Shown here in pieces: positions 40,677-48,800 of a stretch of DNA of 64,000 nt. Below the pieces are notes generated by a model, which saw nothing but the letters and a program-made list of their open reading frames with translations, had not been told where the DNA came from and ran no database searches. The stretch's first letter is position 1. The number at the start of each line of letters is the position of its first letter. The DNA is from Candidatus Cloacimonadales bacterium (GTDB lineage Bacteria > Cloacimonadota > Cloacimonadia > Cloacimonadales > DAONDQ01). The stretch is taken from the NCBI GenBank assembly GCA_963662275.1, contig OY759316.1, positions 2,144,001 through 2,208,000 on the forward strand. The letters run 5' to 3'. A program made the translations under genes and the position numbers.

Positions 40677-40814
40677 GTATCACGGTTTGTTAAGCCGTTA
40701 TAAGGAAGTGTTGTTAACCCTGGCTCTTCTGCTCTTTTCTCTTACTTGGATCTTTCTTCCAGTTTCATTCGGGGATAACATCCCCTTGTTTAACGGCTTA
40801 ACAAGCCGTGATAC
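40677..40814. repeat. Inverted REP doublet (REPIN-like)
   Basis: GTATCACGGTTTGTTAAGCCGTTA ... TAACGGCTTAACAAGCCGTGATAC, a 24-bp IR with 1 mismatch. Each arm is itself a hairpin. Confidence 0.8.
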
Positions 40815-40890
40815 TTTCTTGAGATGCAATATCCAGTAATATACTCCATCCACCCCGAGGATTTGGAATTACATGTACTCCATCTTTCAT
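40798..40890 (-). pseudogene. Truncated DUF2188-like gene fragment
   Basis: GGAG RBS and MKDGVHVIPNPRGGWSI, resembling the DUF2188 N-terminus HVVP..GGW. Runs into the REP doublet and stops after 30 codons. Confidence 0.45.
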
Positions 40891-40908
40891 GATATCTCCA
40901 TGCCCAGT

Positions 40909-42300
40909 TTATAAGTACATTTGAATAACGTCTTCTTTCCTTTTCGCTATGCCATCAATAATTTCTTGTGCTTTATTGATTTTATTCTCAATTTCCAGAA
41001 ACTGAACGACATACTTCTCCTGTTCTTCAAAACTATCGGGAATAGGAATCGGAATGCTTTTCATGATCGTGGCATTGATATTTGCCTGATGGATTGCTTT
41101 GGAAGCCCTTGATTTTGCGTATGATTGGAATTGCTCTGAATTCATAAGGAGATTAACATACTCAGGTAAAGCCTTTGTTCTGTCATTTTTGATTCTAATC
41201 AGATAAGAGGCAAAACAATAATCACCATCTAAGTTGAATATCCCTGTTTTACCTACATGTTCAATGGAATTTGTTCTATTGAAAAGCACATCGCCTTTCT
41301 CTAATTTATACTTCGAAAACTCTTCATGCAGCATATCTACATGCTTCATATCCCCATTGTCATACATGTATCCTTGTTTGATTTCATTCATCCTGAAAAT
41401 CTTGAAGCCTGTGCTCTTTGTATTCATTCCTTCATTTATGCCATATTGAACATCAAGCTCCAATTGTTCTATTGTTTTCTGTGGTAAACTGAAAACAAGT
41501 CCCGAAACGTTGTGCTGTCTAAGGATAGTCGCAAACTGATGATACTTGCCCTGTATATCTTTGCTGCTAACTGAATTTAAATCTGTCAATGAATACTTGG
41601 TATTACCAATTTCATAAGCTGGAATATCATTTTCAAATATTCCTTTTGTTGCATAATCCAGGGCATAAGTCTCTTTCCAAGCTTTGTAAATATCTTCTTT
41701 GTCGAGTTGTTTCGCTTTTTCATAGGACAGTGGTTCTTTATCAGAAAGCTCTTCCAAGAGCTTTTCATTGTCTTTGAGAGAGATTATATAATAGTCTGTT
41801 TTTACTTCATCATCCACAAAGTCAGAAGTATAAAGCGCAATGAATTGTGTACTTTCCGCCTGTTTAGCATAAGAGAGGATTTGACCACCATTGATCAATG
41901 TCTGTTTCCACTCGTAATCGAATTCTCTTCCGGCTGTCTTACATTCGATTAGCAAAAGAGATTTATCGTAATAGTCTTTGACCATAATATCGGCACGACC
42001 GCCACTTGCGCCATGACCGACTGTCCATTTAGGTTCTAATTCTATATGCTGAGGTTTGTATCCCTTTTCAAGGAGACGGTGCACACATTCAAAAACAACG
42101 AAATTTTCATTTTGGGTAAAACCAGAAGTAAATTCACCACTAATTGTAAATCCTTGGTTAGTCGGATAAATGAGCCTTTCTTTCGTGAAGTCAACACACA
42201 ACAATGCATCAATTTCCGGGTAATATCTGGATACAACATCACCGTTTTCTTCAAAACCAAGCTTAGTTAGTAATCTCTTGAAATTGTGTTTATCTATCAT
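40909..42300 (-). CDS. HsdR-N-type PD-(D/E)xK nuclease fused to a single Methylase_S target-recognition domain, without a methyltransferase domain
   Basis: N-terminal RLLEKGY...GRADIMV...LLIECKT. C-terminal GDVLFNRTNS..VGK..FASYLIRI..QANIN..IPIPIP. No FxGxG or NPPY/F motif. Confidence 0.8.
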   Translation of the reverse strand: MIDKHNFKRLLTKLGFEENGDVVSRYYPEIDALLCVDFTKERLIYPTNQGFTISGEFTSGFTQNENFVVFECVHRLLEKGYKPQHIELEPKWTVGHGASGGRADIMVKDYYDKSLLLIECKTAGREFDYEWKQTLINGGQILSYAKQAESTQFIALYTSDFVDDEVKTDYYIISLKDNEKLLEELSDKEPLSYEKAKQLDKEDIYKAWKETYALDYATKGIFENDIPAYEIGNTKYSLTDLNSVSSKDIQGKYHQFATILRQHNVSGLVFSLPQKTIEQLELDVQYGINEGMNTKSTGFKIFRMNEIKQGYMYDNGDMKHVDMLHEEFSKYKLEKGDVLFNRTNSIEHVGKTGIFNLDGDYCFASYLIRIKNDRTKALPEYVNLLMNSEQFQSYAKSRASKAIHQANINATIMKSIPIPIPDSFEEQEKYVVQFLEIENKINKAQEIIDGIAKRKEDVIQMYL

Positions 42301-42451
42301 ATGTTAATTACCCTCTTTAATCATAACGAATTATTATAAATTATTGAATGCATAATTCTATTCGGTATTCAGGCGAATTATCTGTCAACTTCAAATTCTG
42401 AGTATATACCTAATCAATTCTTAATCTATAACCGTACTGGTCAATTAATCT

Positions 42452-42535
42452 GTCGTCCCGATGGGACTTTCATCTCTTGTGGTCGCTCGTCACCGGATTG
42501 AAATCCGGTGTTAATATGTTTCTTCCCGATGGGAA
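42452..42535. repeat. Three-hairpin REP-like element
   Basis: GTCCC-GAT-GGGAC, CACCGGAT-TGAA-ATCCGGTG and TTCCC-GAT-GGGAA. Confidence 0.7.
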
Positions 42536-42643
42536 TGAAAAGTTTCAACATGGTTTGTAACGCGTTATTCATAACGTGCACCGCTGAATTCATTCAGTTC
42601 TTTCAGATCAGATGCTATATAAAAAAAGGCAAATCCCTAAAAG

Positions 42644-42712
42644 GCATTACGGTACCAATACGGTAGCAATACGGTAGCATTACGGTAAAAAACCGTATTT
42701 GTACCGTAATGA
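42644..42712. repeat. Inverted array of 11-bp repeats
   Basis: GCATTACGGTA CCAATACGGTA GCAATACGGTA GCATTACGGTA, an A tract, then inverted AACCGTATTTG TACCGTAATGA. Confidence 0.8.
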
Positions 42713-42740
42713 TATAGCAGTGGAACGGTAGTTCAATTGG

Positions 42741-42917
42741 AGAAGGTGTTAGGTGTTAGGTGCTAGGTGCTAGGTGCTAGCTCTCCCGGCTATACTTCGA
42801 CTCCGCCTAACCTAACCTTTGCAAAAGGGAGGGAGATCAGATCAGTCTTCATCTGCCTGTCACCTGTTACCTGTTACCTGTTACCTAGCACCTAGCACCT
42901 AACACCTAACACCTTCT
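42741..42917. repeat. Perfect 35-bp inverted repeat built from heptamer repeats
   Basis: AGAAGGTGTTAGGTGTTAGGTGCTAGGTGCTAGGT (42741-42775) and its reverse complement (42883-42917). Additional ACCTGTT heptamers lie inside. Confidence 0.85.
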
Positions 42918-42921
42918 GCCC

Positions 42922-44151
42922 CTAGTATATCTTCGATACTCCCATATTCATCACATGATAATGTTCCAGCCCCAGAGGATAGCATTTATCCTTGCTGACA
43001 CCAATGAAATCTTTACCGAACATATCAAAAAGATTGGATTTTATGTTCAGTTCAGGTAATTTACCCAGCAAATTTACTCCATCACTAAGAAAAGCAAGTT
43101 GAACAGGTGTTCCAAAGTCGCCTTTGAAAGTAAAATCCCCACCACTAGCAATGTAAACCACAATGCCGAGTTTACCATTCAGCAATTCGACGAGTGTTTT
43201 GTTCGACGGTTGAATCATCAGTTCAGCACTGCCTACTTTTGGAATAGAGTCATATGATCCAGATGCAGCACCAGTAAGAGGCATGTTGTATTTCCTTGCG
43301 GTTTCCTTATCCGTATAACCATGCAGGAGTTTACCGTTTTCGATCAGTTTTAAACGATAACCATCGTTTACAATTCCTTCCATATCAAAGAATGCGGTTA
43401 TTGTATCATCCGAGTGGTTTGTTTGCCAAAGTGTAAAATCCTTACTGAATACATCCTGTCCGATTTTAGGTGCTAATAGAGAACTTCCAGTGCCGATGAT
43501 CATACCATTCAGATCGCTGTTGAGCTTGGAAGTACAACTATCCTGCCCCAGGAATATTATTGGATAGTCCTCTTGTTCCGGCAAATCAACCTCAGTGAGG
43601 AAGGCTTTTAGTACGTTCTTATAATTACTGATAAATAACTCACGGTCATATTCACGTCCGTAATAAGCAAAATAGCCATCCATAATATTTGCTGATGATT
43701 TATGCTTGAACATAAAGGCGAATAAAATATACTCATCGTGATATGACAAATCCAGTCCAAGTTCATTTTGAAGTGAGATTGAAGTCGAATTCACCGATGC
43801 TTTGTTAGATAAGGAAAATTCCGGGTATGCTGAGGTTAATTCAGCTAATATTGCTGCTACTTCTTTTTGAAGATCAAATCCTCCTGGTAAAGTAAGTTTA
43901 CTGCTGACACTCTCTTTCCGGTTTGAAGAAAGCGCATACGGATAGGGGATCTTCATAGAAAGCATATCTTTTGCTTTGCGAATCAGTTCTTGCTCATCAT
44001 AAGAACCCTGTGCCCCAGCAATACCGATACATTCATTCTCAAATATACGAATCCCTGTAGAAGTTTTTGTTTTTTTCCTAAGCGCATGTACTTCACTATT
44101 GACAACTACTATTGAAGATTCTTTATCTAACTGTGTGTAGATTTCTTTCAT
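42922..44151 (-). CDS. PmbA/TldE-related protein
   Basis: FFDMEG, LIENGKL, TGAASG and ASGGDFT..GDFGTPV. Directly downstream of the second tldD. Confidence 0.8.
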   Translation of the reverse strand: MKEIYTQLDKESSIVVVNSEVHALRKKTKTSTGIRIFENECIGIAGAQGSYDEQELIRKAKDMLSMKIPYPYALSSNRKESVSSKLTLPGGFDLQKEVAAILAELTSAYPEFSLSNKASVNSTSISLQNELGLDLSYHDEYILFAFMFKHKSSANIMDGYFAYYGREYDRELFISNYKNVLKAFLTEVDLPEQEDYPIIFLGQDSCTSKLNSDLNGMIIGTGSSLLAPKIGQDVFSKDFTLWQTNHSDDTITAFFDMEGIVNDGYRLKLIENGKLLHGYTDKETARKYNMPLTGAASGSYDSIPKVGSAELMIQPSNKTLVELLNGKLGIVVYIASGGDFTFKGDFGTPVQLAFLSDGVNLLGKLPELNIKSNLFDMFGKDFIGVSKDKCYPLGLEHYHVMNMGVSKIY

Positions 44152-44160
44152 CTTCTCCTC

Positions 44161-45498
44161 CTATTGGACGTTTAGTTCCGAAATAAGTACATAAGGTCCG
44201 CCAAAACTAACAGGTAGCGGATGCTGTTCCTCTTTTCCACAGCCACCCAAGACATTCGAAAAGATCACTTGCTTATCTGAAAGGGCTTCTATTCTTCCCA
44301 AAGTCTCAAAGACACTGCCTGTTACTACTGAGATATCAATAGGATAGGCGATTTTACCGTCTTTGATGAAATAGGCTACAGATGGTGCAAGAGTGAAAGT
44401 GGACATACCAGAGCCATGCTTGATTTTTTCGATGAAGATGCCTTCCCTGACTTGAGCAAATAGTTCGTCTTTAGTCAGTTTACCTGGTTCAATGAAGGTA
44501 GAAGTCATCCTGACAATAGGTTCAAATTCAAAATTAAGAGCCCTTGCATTTCCTGTAGGTTCTTCATCAAGGGACACTGCTGTTTCTATACTGTGTAATC
44601 TACCAGCCAGGATACCATTTTTTACCAGGTATGTCCTTTGAGGAGGAAATCCTTCATCATCAAAACCAATATAGCCACTACCTGGGATATTACCATCATC
44701 AACAATAGTGAGAATATCAGTCCCAACCTTCTTTCCAATCTCCCATTCCTTCTTCATGTTCTCATCACCCAGCATAAAATCAGCTTCACTCTTATGACCA
44801 AAACTTTCGTGTGCAAAAACACCAGCTACCATTGGTGAGAGAATGGTCATATACTTTCCGGGTTTGATTGGTTTGGAATTCGATAGGAATTCATCACTTT
44901 GTTTGAGCATATCTATAAGTTCGCTATCTCTCATTTGAAGATCAGAGAACCTGTCGACGGCAGTTTCATGACTATTATGAAAGATTTTATCTCCATCCAG
45001 CATAGTGATAGAGTATTGCATACCACAAAGTTGCCAATCGGTTGTAATATCAGCACCATTTGAATTGAAGATATTTTTCACAAGATACTTTTCCGAATAG
45101 ATTGCCTGCCACATACTTAACTTGGTATTAGCAGCAAAGATTGGAAAGAATGACCTGATTAATGCTAGTTTATCTTCCATAGGGACATCAGTTGCTTTAC
45201 AGTCTTTAAATCGAAGGCACGTTGAATGATCATTAGGCATTCTTTTAACGATAGGATGTTCATTGATCATCGGGTTAGGGGTACCGTTTGAATAAAGAAT
45301 CTCTAATTCATCCTGGATCTTATCGATTTCCGTGGTTGAGCTATAGTACCATTTGTTCCCATCAAACACACGCAGGAAGGCTCCTTTTTTCTTTCTATTG
45401 ATCACATTTTCGATTTCACCCTGCAGGAACGAATAAAAAGTTATTGTTGTTTCTTCAATGCGAATGTCGGTAAAGAAGTTCGGATTGAATTTGTACAT
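44161..45498 (-). CDS. tldD: Second TldD-family metalloprotease
   Basis: GVFAHESFGHKSEAD, FDDEG, PTGNARA, PIVRMTST and GCGK. Confidence 0.9.
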   Translation of the reverse strand: MYKFNPNFFTDIRIEETTITFYSFLQGEIENVINRKKKGAFLRVFDGNKWYYSSTTEIDKIQDELEILYSNGTPNPMINEHPIVKRMPNDHSTCLRFKDCKATDVPMEDKLALIRSFFPIFAANTKLSMWQAIYSEKYLVKNIFNSNGADITTDWQLCGMQYSITMLDGDKIFHNSHETAVDRFSDLQMRDSELIDMLKQSDEFLSNSKPIKPGKYMTILSPMVAGVFAHESFGHKSEADFMLGDENMKKEWEIGKKVGTDILTIVDDGNIPGSGYIGFDDEGFPPQRTYLVKNGILAGRLHSIETAVSLDEEPTGNARALNFEFEPIVRMTSTFIEPGKLTKDELFAQVREGIFIEKIKHGSGMSTFTLAPSVAYFIKDGKIAYPIDISVVTGSVFETLGRIEALSDKQVIFSNVLGGCGKEEQHPLPVSFGGPYVLISELNVQ

Positions 45499-45830
45499 AA
45501 AAACCTCCTATATTATTGAATTCAATGACTCCAAATAATCGATACTCATATCAACTGTCAAGTTATATGTTTATTTATTATAGTTAGTTAGATATAAGCA
45601 AATGCATAGGTGTGCAGAATGCTTACCTTTGTTTATATCGAAATACATTATATCACTCTTTCAACTCAGTTCTTTCACAATGAATAGAAAACAGAAAACC
45701 TATATCCAATCTTCCCTTTCTGTAATCTGTAAGCTGTTAGATGTGAATTGTATGCATCTCCCCCATCTTAATTCTTGACATTACCTTTTCACTTATTAAG
45801 AAGGTTAATCACATAAGTGGAGGAATTCCA

Positions 45831-48800
45831 ATGATAATAGATTCTCGATACCAGGTACTTGAGAGTTTAGGTACCGGATTATGGGCAACTGTTTATAAAG
45901 TTCAGGATATCCGCACGGGTAATATATATGCTTTAAAATTCTTTCAGCAATTGGACGCCAATGAACTGTATGAGAAATTTACTCCCGAGGATATGCATCA
46001 TATTACCCAAATAGAACACCCTAATCTAATTCGTGTAAATGATTTTGGTAATGTGGGAAAGAATATTTATTATATCAGTGATTTCTATAAAGGTCAATCT
46101 CTTAGTGCCTATAAATTCAAGACATCAAATATTGAACTACTATATGATATCATAGTCCAAATCTGCTATGCGCTGCATGCATTGCACACCCAGGATATCA
46201 TCCATAAAGATCTGAAACCTGATAATGTTTTGTACCAGATTGTTGATTCACAACCTGAAGTGAAAGTTCTGGATTATGGCTTTTATAAGATTGATATGCA
46301 GAAGGATCATCAGAAGGTAACAGGATCTCTCCCCTATATCGCACCGGAAGTTTTCCTCGGACATGGAGCTGTACCGGCAAGTGATTTCTATTCTTTAGGA
46401 GTGACGTTATATCGATTAACAACCGGTTCATTTCCTTTTTCACTGGAGCAGATATCAGCCCTGATAGCAGGAAATCAGCAGCATTTTTTCCCTAAATTTC
46501 CTCGTGAGATCAATCCGAATGTACCACAAACGCTGGAAAAGTTTATTTTAAAACTGCTGGAAAAGAACGCTGAAGATCGATTCAATAATGTTGGAGAAAT
46601 CATCACTTACATCAACAGAACTCAATTGAAACAATATCCTTTTTCTATCCAGTGGTCTGTTGTCAATTATCTAAAATTCAATAGCTATATTGTCCGTGAA
46701 GATTATTCCCACCAACTTCTTGAGTATCTTCCCAATATCAATGAGCGTAATGGTTTGATGCTGTCATTAATCGGAGGAGACGGACAAGGAAAAGATAACA
46801 TTCTCTCCCTGATGCATTACCATTTGCTGAATGGCGATCATTTTGTCTTTGATTATACTTGTACACGACAGCATCATGATCCATTCTATGCCTTGATCAA
46901 GGAATTCCATCAATCGATGTTTGCCGATGATTCACGATTCAGTTATGATCTTTCGCGTATTTCCCAGAAATTCCAAAAGTATATCTTTGATTCAGAAGAT
47001 ACGGCAAAGATACTTGATGTATCATCCGCTGAAGCTTTACTTGATTTTGAATCAGTGAAGAATTATATGATCCATCTTTCAGATGAAAGACCACTTGTAT
47101 TTATTATTCGATCTGCAAATATTCTGACGAAACAGACAATGGATTTCCTGAATTATTGCGCGAATGATATCAGTAAAAAAAGAATATTCATCGTTCTCAG
47201 CTTCAATGATTTCTCAAAAGTGAACCTACTAAAACATACGGTAATACTAAAAATTCAGCCCATAACTTTTGAAGAGCTAAAACAATATACAACTCGACTC
47301 CTCAAACAGCAACCACCAGATTTATTCCTTCATAAACTGGAAGAAAGATCTGCCGGTAATCCCGATTTTATCAAGGATATATTAATCGATATGACTCAGA
47401 AAAAGCTGATTTGGAGTGATAACAGCTTTCATTTTGAGTATGACTTTGCTGATTATAAATTACCGCAACGCTTGTTACAATCTATCTATTCCCGTATGTC
47501 ACACTTAACGGAAGCAACATATAAATATTTGATGAAACTGGCTATTGTATGTCCACCCCTCACGAAGGATCTTATTCGCTTTGTTCTCGGTATTTCTGAC
47601 CAGGATCTCTTCTCTTTATTAGCAGATGGAATCAATAATGAAATTCTTATCAAGAAGGGAGATCATATTTTCTTCAGTTACCTGGATACTCGTGAAAGAT
47701 TGATATCTGAAGGATTAGAAGAAGATAAGATACATGTTTCCAGACAGGTTTTGAGATTTTTCCATGGAAAGCAAATCAATAATGTTATTGTTTGCAAAGG
47801 GGTAATTGAAAATGCATATTGGGCTGAAGATTATGATTCTATTCGCCATCTTTCGTTAAGATTAATCGAGTTATTAGATCGTGATTCTCTTCAGGACAAA
47901 GCATTTGATGAAATTTGCAAAATCATTGAACTTGATTTCTCTAAGAAAATTAAATTACCATTATCAGAAATCATCAGAGACTTGGTGATTCTCCAGGAAA
48001 AAGCTGAACTTACTGGCAATGTCACACAAGCAATTAAATTATTGCGTTCAATACATAAATTACCTGATATCTATGAGAAGTACTTTACCATGGGAACACT
48101 GTTATTGCAAACTGAAAATCATAAAAGTGCCCTGGACAATTTCCAGAAAGCTTTAAAGCTCAGTATAACAGGTATACAGAAAGTGAAAGTTCTATTATAT
48201 CTCACTCTCTTATATGGTCGAATTGGTGATGATGAAAATTATGGACTTACTCTAGATGCTCTGAAAGATAAAAAAATGACAGAGGATTTGAACATTTTCT
48301 ATATCGAACGACTTGCATTATTTCAATATAAAAAAGGTTTCAAGGAAAATGCAATCCAGTTACTTGAGAATTTCTTATCCACTACTTCTTCCATCCAGAA
48401 TGTCAGGTCATTATTTCGATTGGGTTCATTGCACAATAGTTTGGGATTTTATTATTCCAATTCTAAGGCAATATCAGAAGCGTGTGAGCATTATCAGGCT
48501 GCTTTGAAAATCTGGGAGAAAATCAACTGTCAGAGTCGAATGGGACTTATCCTGAATAATATTGGTGATTTAGCATTGATCCAGGGTGATACTCAATCTT
48601 GCCTGAAGAATTTCCATACTGCACAGGAAATTGCTGATCGCCTCGGTATGAAACGTATTGAAGCTCAGTCTTTGGTCAATTTGGGTGAAACCTATATCAA
48701 ACTTGGTGATTTTCATCTAGCAGAGAGCTATCTTCAACAGTCAATGCAGATCAGTAAGACATTGGAAGACAAGCCATTTTGGGATCCCATCCATAGCAAT

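Noticed and set aside
37230..42920. Integron cassette array
   Set aside because: There is no integrase, and the palindromes lack consistent attC RYYYAAC/GTTRRRY boxes.
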